The notes beneath the pieces were generated by a model, which was given only the letters and a program-made list of their open reading frames with translations, ran no database searches and was not told the DNA's origin. From the IMG/VR virus record IMGVR_UViG_3300033998_000133: 34,140 nucleotides of DNA; one strand, written 5' to 3'. Shown here in pieces: positions 1-8,330 of this stretch. The DNA is from a virus (lineage: Duplodnaviria > Caudoviricetes). The stretch's first letter is position 1, and every line of letters starts with the position of its first letter. Position numbers and translations under genes: made by a program.

Positions 1-117
1 AATAGGACAAGGAAAAACATTCCCCGGAATTCGGGAAAGGCCGAACGCGGCGGTGCTGGCCGCGCCCCCGGTGGCAGCCGGGGACACGGCACAATTTAAA
101 AAAGGAGGTGAACAATA

Positions 118-327
118 GTGGGAAACACCCGAACTCAAGACCGCCTGTTGACACTGAAAGAGCTAGCCAGGAAGTTTCGGGAGTTCATTGCAACTTACCC
201 TAGAACTCAACAGGCAGCTTGCCCTGGCGGAATAGTTCCAGTACCTGAGAAGCAGTCTCGCTGGAACCAGCAAATTGAGTCATGGTTTCAAAAAGCAGTA
301 AACCTAGCTGGTCGGGAAGCTCGATAA
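118..327 (+). CDS. Hypothetical protein (69 aa)
   Basis: Strong SD AAAGGAGGTG upstream of GTG at 118. Overlaps the minus-strand ORF convergently by 128 bp. Confidence 0.5.
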   Translation: MGNTRTQDRLLTLKELARKFREFIATYPRTQQAACPGGIVPVPEKQSRWNQQIESWFQKAVNLAGREAR

Positions 328-634
328 GCCGGTCGTTCCCGCAAGTCTTTAAGGCGGAAGCCGCTATTAGGTACCTTTCAAAAAAGAAGAATTGAACAGG
401 TACTGGCTGGTTTCTTACCAATGATTTTAGTTGATGGACATGGATTTTAGTAGCGATTTCGGATAGCAGGTTATCAACTTGCTGTTGGTAAAGGATTCGT
501 TCGGCATCAACCTTTTCGGGGTAAATGGTGCGTGCGTAATTGTCCAGTTCTCTCTGCATAGGTTTTGAAAAGATATCGAGCATGGTTTTGGTAAGTATCT
601 CGAATGTTGCGGCACCGGTAAGGGTGGTGGTCAA
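200..634 (-). CDS. Hypothetical alpha-helical protein (about 144 aa)
   Basis: SD AAAGGAGG at 650-643 (minus) suits a TTG start at 634. Low-GC open frame; no family recognised. Confidence 0.6.
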   Translation of the reverse strand: MTTTLTGAATFEILTKTMLDIFSKPMQRELDNYARTIYPEKVDAERILYQQQVDNLLSEIATKIHVHQLKSLVRNQPVPVQFFFFERYLIAASALKTCGNDRLIELPDQLGLLLFETMTQFAGSSETASQVLELFRQGKLPVEF

Positions 635-740
635 GTAAAACACCTCCTTTCATGGGAGTTAACCTGGAAATAATTCCACAAAGGCCGCGCAAAACCCTTT
701 ATTTTGTAACAGCCTGTCTCAACTTCGGGAGGTGGTGGAT

Positions 741-947
741 ATGCGAAAAAGACAGCTGACCAGCTTTGGCGTGGCGGTGAAAAAAGCGCTTTTGGAAAAA
801 AGAATATCGCAGAAGGAGTTTTGCCAGGTCTACAACATCCCGGAGAACAGGCTGTCGGAGATACTGTATGGAGACAGGCCGGGCAAGAAGTACCGGGAGA
901 AGATCGCGGAAATCCTGGACATTGACCAAGAACTGGTCGCTTCGTGA
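741..947 (+). CDS. XRE/Cro-like helix-turn-helix regulator (Ner-position)
   Basis: GGAGG at 728-732 before ATG 741. HTH pattern ISQKEFCQVYNIPENRLSEILYGDR. Lies upstream of the transposase. Confidence 0.8.
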   Translation: MRKRQLTSFGVAVKKALLEKRISQKEFCQVYNIPENRLSEILYGDRPGKKYREKIAEILDIDQELVAS

Positions 948-1228
948 AAGGGGGTGGAACGGTGTTGGAACTCAAACGGGCCAAGGCGGAAATCAGCCAG
1001 GAGGATATCAAAAAGCAGCAGCTGGAGTTCCGGATCAGCGTGCTGAAGGACCTTTTGATGGAAAAGCTGGACCAGGCCAGGGCGCTGGAGAACGAGATTA
1101 AGGTCCTGGAGGCGAAGCGCCAGGCGCTCCTGGAAATCGGGGAGCTGGCGAACAAGGAGCTGGCCAAGCTCCTGGAAATCTGGTCGCAGGAGGGCGTAAA
1201 AGCGGAGGGCCACCCTGCAAGCGCTTAG
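944..1228 (+). CDS. Hypothetical coiled-coil protein
   Basis: GTGA overlap with the HTH gene; heptad-like L/E/K-rich sequence. The start may instead be the GTG at 962. Confidence 0.65.
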   Translation: MKGGGTVLELKRAKAEISQEDIKKQQLEFRISVLKDLLMEKLDQARALENEIKVLEAKRQALLEIGELANKELAKLLEIWSQEGVKAEGHPASA

Positions 1229-1248
1229 GGCGGCCCTCCCGACAATAC

Positions 1249-1291
1249 GACTACCAGCCCCATTATAGCATCTTCCGGGGCTGGTAGTCAA
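1249..1291 (-). promoter_or_regulatory. Sigma-A-type promoter embedded in a perfect 13-bp inverted repeat
   Basis: Minus strand TTGACT (1291-1286), 18 bp, then TATAAT (1267-1262) with an extended TGn. IR arms GACTACCAGCCCC (1249-1261) and GGGGCTGGTAGTC (1277-1289). Confidence 0.65.
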
Positions 1292-1316
1292 GGTTGACGG
1301 CGGGCGGTTAAACGGG

Positions 1317-1436
1317 TTACTTCTTCATGGTAAACAGGCCGGGACACTCTTTGGAGGAGAGATCCCACTTACCGTCTAACTTGCGGGTTCCGTCCAACTG
1401 GGTAAGCTGGAGCGTTTGCCCGCAAACCGCCGTCAA
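1317..1436 (-). CDS. Micro-ORF 2 (39 aa), paralog of micro-ORF 1
   Basis: Hand translation: MTAVCGQTLQLTQLDGTRKLDGKWDLSSKECPGLFTMKK*. TTG start with AAGGGG 10 nt upstream. Same frame as micro-ORF 1. Confidence 0.5.
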   Translation of the reverse strand: MTAVCGQTLQLTQLDGTRKLDGKWDLSSKECPGLFTMKK

Positions 1437-1460
1437 ATCGTGGGTGCCCCTTAAACCCAC

Positions 1461-1592
1461 TTAACTAAACAGGCCGTTACAAATCTTGGAACCTAAAGTC
1501 CAGGTTCCGTTCAGGGCTGAATAGCCATCCAGTTTAACGGCTTCAAGTTCCCTGCCGCATACAGGGCACTTGTTATCAATAGGTTTGTCCAC
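1461..1592 (-). CDS. Micro-ORF 1 (43 aa) with CxxC and LDG/LNGxWxL motif
   Basis: Hand translation: MDKPIDNKCPVCGRELEAVKLDGYSALNGTWTLGSKICNGLFS*. Strong SD AAGGAGG 8 nt before GTG 1592. Below the ORF-track size cut-off. Confidence 0.65.
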   Translation of the reverse strand: MDKPIDNKCPVCGRELEAVKLDGYSALNGTWTLGSKICNGLFS

Positions 1593-1678
1593 AGGCATCA
1601 CCTCCTTTCGGAGGAATGGCAAGTGGTAATCCAGGGGCACCCGCTTAAACTTTTCTACAAAACTGGGGTGAAACTTTT

Positions 1679-1888
1679 ATGCAGGTGGTGCAGGAGCGAG
1701 TTTATAAAGCTATCACTGACTTAATGAGAATGCCCGGCGAGCTGAACGCCTTGGAGAGGGCCTACCGGGATGAAGGCTATCACGTCGAGCGGGGCTTTGC
1801 CGGGACGGTCATTTTGAAGCTGGAAGACGGCGAGGTTCATTTTGTCCCCGGCGGGACTTTGATCAGGCAAATTGTTTTCAGGAATTAG
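1679..1888 (+). CDS. Hypothetical protein (69 aa)
   Basis: GGGGTG SD upstream of ATG; immediately precedes the transposase. Confidence 0.65.
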   Translation: MQVVQERVYKAITDLMRMPGELNALERAYRDEGYHVERGFAGTVILKLEDGEVHFVPGGTLIRQIVFRN

Positions 1889-1916
1889 GCGAAGTTTCTT
1901 GGGAAGGAGGGCAGAA

Positions 1917-3821
1917 ATGGGCACCTGGCTTGCGGTTAAAGATGTGGCCGAACTACTGGATGTAACGGAAAGAACCGTACAACGGAAGATATCAAAGAAA
2001 GAGCTGGTAGCTAAGCGGAAGGGCAAGGGGTATCTGATAGATCTATCATCTTTGCCGCCGGAGGCCCAGCTTGAATATGCCAAACGCTTTCCCGAGGCGG
2101 AGGTGGTGTTTAAGGAGCGCAGGAGCCGCAACGGGCGCGAGTATTCCCTGGCGGAAATCATGGACCTTTACGGGCAGGAGGCGGTGCAGGAAGCCCTGGA
2201 AAAGGTCAGGGTGGCGAAGGAAGCCCTGGAAGTAAAATACGACCTGGAGCGCACGGAAAAGCTGGAGCGCCTGGCGCAGCAAAACGGCATCAGCTTAACC
2301 ACCCTGTACCGCTGGATGGAGGCGTACGAGGAGGACAGTTTGATGGGTTTAATCAAGAAACCGCCCAAGAGCCGGGGCAAGCGGCGCAGCTTGCCGGAGG
2401 AGGCGATCAAGTTTATTAAGGGGTTATACCTGCAGCCAATCAAACCCCAGGGCCAGTGGGTTTATGACCGGTATAAGGAGCGGGCCAGGGAAGAAGGTTG
2501 GCCGGTCGCCAGCCGGGCCACAGTCTACCGGGTATTGCAGGAATTGAGCGAGTCGGAGCTGGTGATGGGGCGCGAGGGACTGGAAGAGTGGCGTAAAAAA
2601 ATAATGCCCAAGGCGACGCGCGATATTACAGTGCTGAAGACCTACGAGATCCTGGTGGGCGACCATCACACCTTCGACCTGTTTGTGGCCCACGGCGGGC
2701 GGGCGGTGAGGCCGGACCTGACGGCCTGGATGGACGCGAGGTCCAGGGCCATCGTCGGTTGGTGCATCAGCCTGCAAGGCAATTCGGAAACAATCTCCCT
2801 GGCGCTGCGGCACGCGATGCTGCCGAAGGAGGACCCGGAGGTCCCGTTCTGCGGCATACCGGTGCTGGTATATATCGACAACGGCAAGGACTACCGCTCC
2901 AAGCGGCTTACCGGCGGGATGAAAACGGCGCGGAAAGATTATTCCCTGGAGGCGCAGGGGGTGCTGGCCAACCTGAAGGTGGAAGCCACCTACTGTGAAC
3001 CGTATTCACCCTGGGCCAAGGAGATCGAGCGCTGGTTCGAGACCTTTACCAACCAATTCACCAGGTACCTGCCTGGGTTTTGCGGCACCAAGCCGGAGGA
3101 CAGGCCCCCTGGGTTCGACGAGAAGAAGCTCCTGGAACGGGGCGAGCTGCTAACCCTCCCGGAACTGGTCGCGCTTTTTGAGCAGTACCTGAAAAAATAC
3201 CATACTACATACCACGCGACACTCAAAGACACACCACTGAACGTCTACCTCTCGGTGGAGAAGGCGCGGGAAGGCGTGCCGCAGCCCGAAGCCCTGGACC
3301 TCTTGATGATGAAATACGACAATGCCGTGGTCCAGACCGACGGCATCCACCGGTTCAACCACGTTTACTGGCATGACGACCTGATTAATCTGATCAACCA
3401 CAAAGTGACCATCAGGTTTGATCCCAACCGGATCGGCGAACTGTGGGTCTACTACCAGGGCGAGAAGGTCTGTGTGGCGGAAAACAAAGAGCTTTTATCC
3501 ATGCATGCCAGCGAGGAAGACATCAAGAAATGGCGGCGGGTCCAGGCCCGCGCCAGGAAGGAGGTTATGGCCCGCATTAATTCTTACGGCGTTTCTCAGG
3601 ACGACCTGCGGGAGATTGTGGCCAGCACTTTCGAGGACGGCCCGGCAATCTTTACAGGCAGGTCCAGCTCTAAACCGGCTGCCGTGACAACCCTGACCGG
3701 TTTTGAGAAAGAAGCGCGGGAAGCCAAGAGAAGGCGGCGCAAGGAAGAAATCGGCGAGATGGGCCACAATTTCTTCAGGGAAAAAGGCTTAAAACTTCTC
3801 GGAGGAGGTAATCAAAGATGA
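1917..3821 (+). CDS. Mu-like DDE transposase (MuA homolog)
   Basis: SD AAGGAGG before ATG 1917. N-terminal HTH (LAVKDVAELLDVTERTVQR) and further HTHs. Catalytic D (GDHHTFD), D (YIDNGKDY) and E (KEIERWF). Mu-transposase C-terminal beta domain (VTIRFDPNRIGELWVY). Confidence 0.93.
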   Translation: MGTWLAVKDVAELLDVTERTVQRKISKKELVAKRKGKGYLIDLSSLPPEAQLEYAKRFPEAEVVFKERRSRNGREYSLAEIMDLYGQEAVQEALEKVRVAKEALEVKYDLERTEKLERLAQQNGISLTTLYRWMEAYEEDSLMGLIKKPPKSRGKRRSLPEEAIKFIKGLYLQPIKPQGQWVYDRYKERAREEGWPVASRATVYRVLQELSESELVMGREGLEEWRKKIMPKATRDITVLKTYEILVGDHHTFDLFVAHGGRAVRPDLTAWMDARSRAIVGWCISLQGNSETISLALRHAMLPKEDPEVPFCGIPVLVYIDNGKDYRSKRLTGGMKTARKDYSLEAQGVLANLKVEATYCEPYSPWAKEIERWFETFTNQFTRYLPGFCGTKPEDRPPGFDEKKLLERGELLTLPELVALFEQYLKKYHTTYHATLKDTPLNVYLSVEKAREGVPQPEALDLLMMKYDNAVVQTDGIHRFNHVYWHDDLINLINHKVTIRFDPNRIGELWVYYQGEKVCVAENKELLSMHASEEDIKKWRRVQARARKEVMARINSYGVSQDDLREIVASTFEDGPAIFTGRSSSKPAAVTTLTGFEKEAREAKRRRRKEEIGEMGHNFFREKGLKLLGGGNQR

Positions 3822-4831
3822 GCGACAATACGACTGCCATGGGCAAGCACAACAAGGAGGAACTGCGGGAATTCTTTGCGGACCTGGTGGAAAACCAGGG
3901 CAAGCGCATCACCGACCTGGCTAAAAACATCGGCTACTCCCACACTATGCTTTCCCGGTTTATCAAAGACGGCTACTGCAGCAGCCAGTTTCTGGAGGCC
4001 GCCGCCCAGTTCCGGGCAAGTTACCTGGAGCAGGCTAAAAACGTGGCCGAAGTGGCGGCGGGCGTGGAAGCCATCAAACAGCAGGGTATCGAATGGCGTG
4101 GTGAGTGGGACTACATTCCGACCAACGATGCGGTGGCTGTCCTGGGATTCGTTGACGAAGTATGGCGGCTGCACGAAATGGGTTCCATCCTGGGGCATCC
4201 GGGCACAGGAAAGACCAGGGGCGTCCTGGAATACTGCAAGATTAACCCCAAGGCGGTCTATGTGCGGGCCGACGTCACCATGTCCCGCAAAGAAGTGTTG
4301 TTGGAGATCAGCAAGGCGCTGGGTGAGAATATTAGTTACGGCTCTTTATGGTCCATCATGACAAGGATAATCAACAATCTCAGGGAAGAACCCCGTATCT
4401 TGATCATCGACGAGGCCGACCTGCTGCTGGTCGGATATTCGATCAGTAAAATAGAGCCCCTGCGCACTATTTACGATGAAACAAAAACCTATGGCAACGC
4501 CTTACTTCTTGTTGGTATGCCCAGGTTGGAAATATTCCTAAAGAAAGGCCCTAACCTAAAAGAGGATTTATCCCAGTTCGACAGCCGCATGGGGCTGGTG
4601 CTGCGCATGGCCGGGCTGAGACGGGAAGAAATTGAGGCCATTTTGGATAAGGTGAACTGCACGCCGGGGGCCAGGCAAATGCTAATCAACATCATCATGA
4701 AGACATCCAAGGGCGGCATCCGGCAGCTCACCAAGATACTGGGCCGCTGCCTGGACCTGGCGCTGGAAAACGGCGACGGCGTTATTACAGATGAAATCGT
4801 GCGGGAAGCCACCCGGATGTTGATGCTCTAA
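3818..4831 (+). CDS. MuB-like AAA+ transposition ATPase
   Basis: N-terminal HTH, Walker A GHPGTGKT, Walker B LIIDEAD, QFDSR arginine finger. ATGA overlap with the transposase. Confidence 0.92.
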   Translation: MSDNTTAMGKHNKEELREFFADLVENQGKRITDLAKNIGYSHTMLSRFIKDGYCSSQFLEAAAQFRASYLEQAKNVAEVAAGVEAIKQQGIEWRGEWDYIPTNDAVAVLGFVDEVWRLHEMGSILGHPGTGKTRGVLEYCKINPKAVYVRADVTMSRKEVLLEISKALGENISYGSLWSIMTRIINNLREEPRILIIDEADLLLVGYSISKIEPLRTIYDETKTYGNALLLVGMPRLEIFLKKGPNLKEDLSQFDSRMGLVLRMAGLRREEIEAILDKVNCTPGARQMLINIIMKTSKGGIRQLTKILGRCLDLALENGDGVITDEIVREATRMLML

Positions 4832-4844
4832 GGGAGGTGAACGG

Positions 4845-5246
4845 ATGGGCATGGTACCAAGCGAGCTAAGGGAATGCTTTAAAAAGCCGATTGCCTGGCG
4901 GGATATCAAGACAGGCGAAGGGTATTGCCGCTTACATGAGTTTTGGGAGTCCCAGGAGGCGACGACTTACTCCCCGGAGGAATACGAGGCGGTCCGGCGT
5001 CAGGAGGCGGTCCGGCTGCAAGAGGTACGGCAGCCCGCCCAGGCCCCGCCGCCGGAATCCCTGGAACTGCCCAGCCCGCCAGCCGGTCTCCGGCGGACCG
5101 GGACGTGGACCAAACAGGAGAAGCTGCTGGCGGTCAAAATGCTGGGCCGGGGGCTTTCCGAGGAGGAAGTGGCCAGGAGATTGGGCCGAACCGTCAGGGG
5201 CCTGAAGCAAGTCAAACGGCGGGCGGAGCGGCTGGCTGCCGGTTAG
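4845..5246 (+). CDS. Hypothetical protein with C-terminal HTH
   Basis: GGAGG SD; WTKQEK...GLSEEEVARRLGRT HTH-like C-terminus. Confidence 0.7.
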   Translation: MGMVPSELRECFKKPIAWRDIKTGEGYCRLHEFWESQEATTYSPEEYEAVRRQEAVRLQEVRQPAQAPPPESLELPSPPAGLRRTGTWTKQEKLLAVKMLGRGLSEEEVARRLGRTVRGLKQVKRRAERLAAG

Positions 5247-5293
5247 GGGGTGAAACGGTGGAGCATGGGCTTAATGGAGAGGAGGCAAAGTAA

Positions 5294-5683
5294 ATGGGAA
5301 ATAAAATATGCCCGGACTGCCAGATGACGTTAGAAAGTGATTATGGAGATTGCATGTGTTTGCCGGAAGAAAATACATGTGATGACTGCCAAAATTTTGA
5401 ACGGTGCAAGGCTTTGGGTGTGGCCAAAGAGGGACAGGGAACATGCGATTGGTTTCCGATCAGGTTTAAAGAGCGTAGTTCAAAGATGAGTTTCAGGGAT
5501 ACCGTAATCCTGGCCCTGAACAGCTATAAAGAGGGCCTGGCGACCAGGGAGGAAGCGGCGGCCATGGTTAACGCGGCGGTACCTTCCTGCAGGGAATGCG
5601 GCGTTAAAGAGGGTTTGAAAATGGCCCTGGCAACTATAGAGCTGGCCATGGACAACTGCATCAAACCGGAAATCACAGAATGA
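5294..5683 (+). CDS. Cys-rich hypothetical (putative metal-binding) protein
   Basis: GGAGG SD; three CxxC motifs (CPDC, CDDC, CREC). Confidence 0.7.
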   Translation: MGNKICPDCQMTLESDYGDCMCLPEENTCDDCQNFERCKALGVAKEGQGTCDWFPIRFKERSSKMSFRDTVILALNSYKEGLATREEAAAMVNAAVPSCRECGVKEGLKMALATIELAMDNCIKPEITE

Positions 5684-5699
5684 CAAGGAGGTAAACACT

Positions 5700-6188
5700 A
5701 TGCCGAGGGTGCGCATCGAAGAGACCCGGCTAAAAAGCTGGGATGACGTGAATTTAAACTTAAAAGAAATTGCGGAATGCGAGCTGGCTGTGGAAGCCAT
5801 TGAAGCGGATATGAACAACAAGATCCAGGACTTGAAGCTGGAGAAGGAAATGGAGGCCAAGCCCTACCAGGAGCGCATCGACAAGCTGGCCATGGAGATC
5901 AAGGAGTTTGTGGAAACCCACCGGGACGAACTGAAGGGCAAGACCAGGATATTGAATTTCGGCAAGGTGGGCTTCCGCCAGAGCACCAAAATTGTTATCA
6001 AAGGAATGCAGGCGGTGCTGAAAACCTTGAAGGCCAGGGGCATGACGGACTGCATTATTGTGAAAGAGTCGGTGAATAAGGACCGGCTGCGGGAATACCC
6101 GGACGAGGTGATCGCGTCTGTGGGCGCGACCAAGAAGGTTACAGACACTTTCTGGTATGAAGCTGACCGGGAGAAGCTGAGAGCATGA
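5700..6188 (+). CDS. gam: Host-nuclease inhibitor Gam (Mu Gam family)
   Basis: LKSWDDVNLNLKEIA...KTRILNFGKVGFRQS...KESVNKDRL...DTFWYE is typical of the Mu Gam family; early-region position. Confidence 0.88.
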   Translation: MPRVRIEETRLKSWDDVNLNLKEIAECELAVEAIEADMNNKIQDLKLEKEMEAKPYQERIDKLAMEIKEFVETHRDELKGKTRILNFGKVGFRQSTKIVIKGMQAVLKTLKARGMTDCIIVKESVNKDRLREYPDEVIASVGATKKVTDTFWYEADREKLRA

Positions 6189-6577
6189 CCAGGACGCATA
6201 CTTACACAGAGGCCGAGAAGGCCCTGGTAAGTTACCTGAAGGAGAAACTGGCGGCCCGGGGGATTCAAAAATTTCCCCGGGACTGGCATTTAAAGCAGCT
6301 ATCGACAGCAAGGAACATGCTGGCGGGAGACAAGGCCCCGTCGCCAGAAGAGTGGCGCCGGTGCATCGATTGGGCTTTTGCTGACCCGTTCTGGAGCGAT
6401 AAAGTGGACCACCTGGCCCGCATTGAAGCCTTGTGGCCCAAATACATGCTGCAGCAAGGGGGTGCTGGGCGTGGGCGGGCCGCGCAAGCTAAACGAAATC
6501 CTCCCAAACGTGGTAGCTGGGGCGCAAGCCGCAAAGGGAAGCGCTACATCGGACAAAACGACCCCCTGCCCTTTTAA
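6185..6577 (+). CDS. Hypothetical protein resembling a phage replication-initiator C-terminal domain
   Basis: EEWRRCIDWAFADPFWSDKV motif; directly precedes the DnaC-like ATPase. Confidence 0.6.
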   Translation: MTRTHTYTEAEKALVSYLKEKLAARGIQKFPRDWHLKQLSTARNMLAGDKAPSPEEWRRCIDWAFADPFWSDKVDHLARIEALWPKYMLQQGGAGRGRAAQAKRNPPKRGSWGASRKGKRYIGQNDPLPF

Positions 6578-7268
6578 TCTTTGTGACGGATCAGGTTACT
6601 ATTTGGTTTCAGAGGATGGACACCAGATGATGCGGCAGTGCCGGTGCGCCGAACTGAGAAGGCAAAAGGCCCTGGTGGAGCGGCTGTTCCGGCAGGCCAG
6701 GATACCCAAACGGTTTGCCGGCAAAAGGTTCGATAATTTTGAGGTTAAGCGCCAGGAGAGGGCCTGGCAGGTGGCCAAGCGGTACGCGGAGCAATACAAG
6801 ACTCTAAAGGGCAAGCCTCAAAACGGGCTGTGTTTTGTGGGGCCGCCGGGCACCGGGAAAAGCCACCTGGCCTATGCCATTCTAAACGAGCTTTTGCCGC
6901 AGCAGGTGGTGGCGGTGTCCGGCACGGTGCCGGACCTGTTGGACTCCCTCCGCCCCAAGGGCGGGGGCGGCAATGCCGAAGCCGAGGAACGGCTTGAGCT
7001 TTTGAAGACGGCGGAGCTGGTGGTGCTGGATGACCTGGGGGCGGAAAGGGACTCCCCCTGGGCTACGGAAAGGATTTACCTGATTATCAATGCCAGGTAC
7101 GCCGAGCAGCTCCCGACCATCATTACTTCCAACCTGCCGCTGGAGGAACTGGAGACCGGCGCGGACGGCGAAGTGAAGCTGGCATGGGAACGGATTGTCT
7201 CACGAATTTGGGAAATGTGTTATGTGGTGATTATGGACGGGGACGACTACCGGAGAAAGGATGATTGA
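6471..7268 (+). CDS. DnaC/IstB-like ATPase (helicase-loader family)
   Basis: N-terminal Zn ribbon (CPFNLCDGSG...QCRC), ARIPKRF, Walker A GPPGTGKS, Walker B VVLDDLGAE, PTIITSN, RIVSRI. Likely GTG start at 6471 after AAGGGGG. Confidence 0.88.
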   Translation: MGGPRKLNEILPNVVAGAQAAKGSATSDKTTPCPFNLCDGSGYYLVSEDGHQMMRQCRCAELRRQKALVERLFRQARIPKRFAGKRFDNFEVKRQERAWQVAKRYAEQYKTLKGKPQNGLCFVGPPGTGKSHLAYAILNELLPQQVVAVSGTVPDLLDSLRPKGGGGNAEAEERLELLKTAELVVLDDLGAERDSPWATERIYLIINARYAEQLPTIITSNLPLEELETGADGEVKLAWERIVSRIWEMCYVVIMDGDDYRRKDD

Positions 7269-7455
7269 AATGCTTCAACCGAAATCGGGAATGAACATAT
7301 ACGATTACGATGACGCAAAGTATATAAGGCTGCGGCGGACCAGGAAGAGACCGGCCCACCCGGCCCCCGCCTGGGCCTGGTGGGTGCTGGGCCTGGCCTG
7401 CGGCTATTTTATGGCCGCCCTGGCGGTGGCCCTGGCCTGGGGGCGTCTGCCCTGA
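7261..7455 (+). CDS. Small membrane protein
   Basis: Basic stretch followed by a C-terminal hydrophobic helix (WAWWVLGLACGYFMAALAVALAW). Confidence 0.6.
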   Translation: MIEMLQPKSGMNIYDYDDAKYIRLRRTRKRPAHPAPAWAWWVLGLACGYFMAALAVALAWGRLP

Positions 7456-7465
7456 TGCAAAGGGG

Positions 7466-7693
7466 GTGAAAGATAGCTTGGAATTCCTAAAGTTGTTAAA
7501 AAGCGACCTGATTGTTGTGAGCATAGCAGCTAGGACGTTTTCTATGATGAAAGCATTTACAAGTTTCAAAGACGCCAGCAGCTTTGCGGGAGAGATGTAC
7601 AGCAAAAGCCCGGATATAACCGTGACACTTATAGTAGGCCAAAACGTGCCAGCGGGAGAGATATTGAAAATGGTTAAGATATCTCGGGATTAG
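7466..7693 (+). CDS. Hypothetical protein
   Basis: Open frame fills the gap between genes; visibly lower GC than its neighbours; start uncertain. Confidence 0.5.
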   Translation: MKDSLEFLKLLKSDLIVVSIAARTFSMMKAFTSFKDASSFAGEMYSKSPDITVTLIVGQNVPAGEILKMVKISRD

Positions 7694-7703
7694 TTGATTC
7701 GGG

Positions 7704-8102
7704 GTGGAAGAATTGACCATGATAACTAAGCCGCAGATCTCGAAGATTTGGGCTATGGCCCGGCAACTGGACATGGACAACGAGCTGTTGCACGAGTTCG
7801 TATTTAACTATACCGGCGAGAAGAGCATTGCGGCGCTGTCCAGGTCGCAGGCCGCAAAGGTGATTGATGTCATGGAATCCCGCCTGGGCAGCCGCCCGGC
7901 CAACCGGGTGAGCAAAAAGCAGCTCTGGAAGATCCGGCAACTGGCCCGGCAGCTGGGCTGGGACGATAACCCTAAACGGCTGCAGGGGTTTGTGAAAAAA
8001 TACGGAGGGGTGGACAAACCAGAGTGGCTTTCCCCGGCCCAAGCCTGGAAGGTGATCGAAGGATTAAAGAAGCTGGCGGAGAGAACGGAAAACGGAGGAT
8101 AA
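7704..8102 (+). CDS. gemA: GemA / Mu gp16-like regulatory protein (DUF1018)
   Basis: QISKIWAMARQLDMD...TGEKSIAALS...KKQLWKIRQL...LQGFVKK...WLSPAQAWKVIEGLK. True start may be 7713 or 7719. Confidence 0.82.
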   Translation: MEELTMITKPQISKIWAMARQLDMDNELLHEFVFNYTGEKSIAALSRSQAAKVIDVMESRLGSRPANRVSKKQLWKIRQLARQLGWDDNPKRLQGFVKKYGGVDKPEWLSPAQAWKVIEGLKKLAERTENGG

Positions 8103-8106
8103 AAAT

Positions 8107-8304
8107 ATGCCAATATGGAACAACCCACCGAAGCCCAGCCGACGGTTCGGCTGGTGCCGGTATCACCGGCTGTGGCTGACGCTGAAGCAGGCCAAGAAGG
8201 CCGGTTGTATGGAAAAAGGCTGCAAGTATTTTGAGGAAAATTTCAACCATGAACTATGGCGGCAAAGAGCGAGGCGAGGAATATGCAGTATTGACAACGG
8301 TTAA
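8107..8304 (+). CDS. Hypothetical basic Cys/His protein
   Basis: GGAGG SD; WCRYH...GCMEKGCKYF. Confidence 0.65.
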   Translation: MPIWNNPPKPSRRFGWCRYHRLWLTLKQAKKAGCMEKGCKYFEENFNHELWRQRARRGICSIDNG

Positions 8305-8330
8305 GAAAATGGTTTAAGGTGGTGATCAGG

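Noticed and set aside
5258-5293. 11-codon mini-ORF (VEHGLNGEEAK) with an SD-like sequence
   Set aside because: Too short to support; it may be a gene remnant or chance.
6471-7268. IS21 element suggested by the IstB-like ATPase
   Set aside because: No adjacent IstA or terminal inverted repeats; the gene is embedded in the phage early operon.
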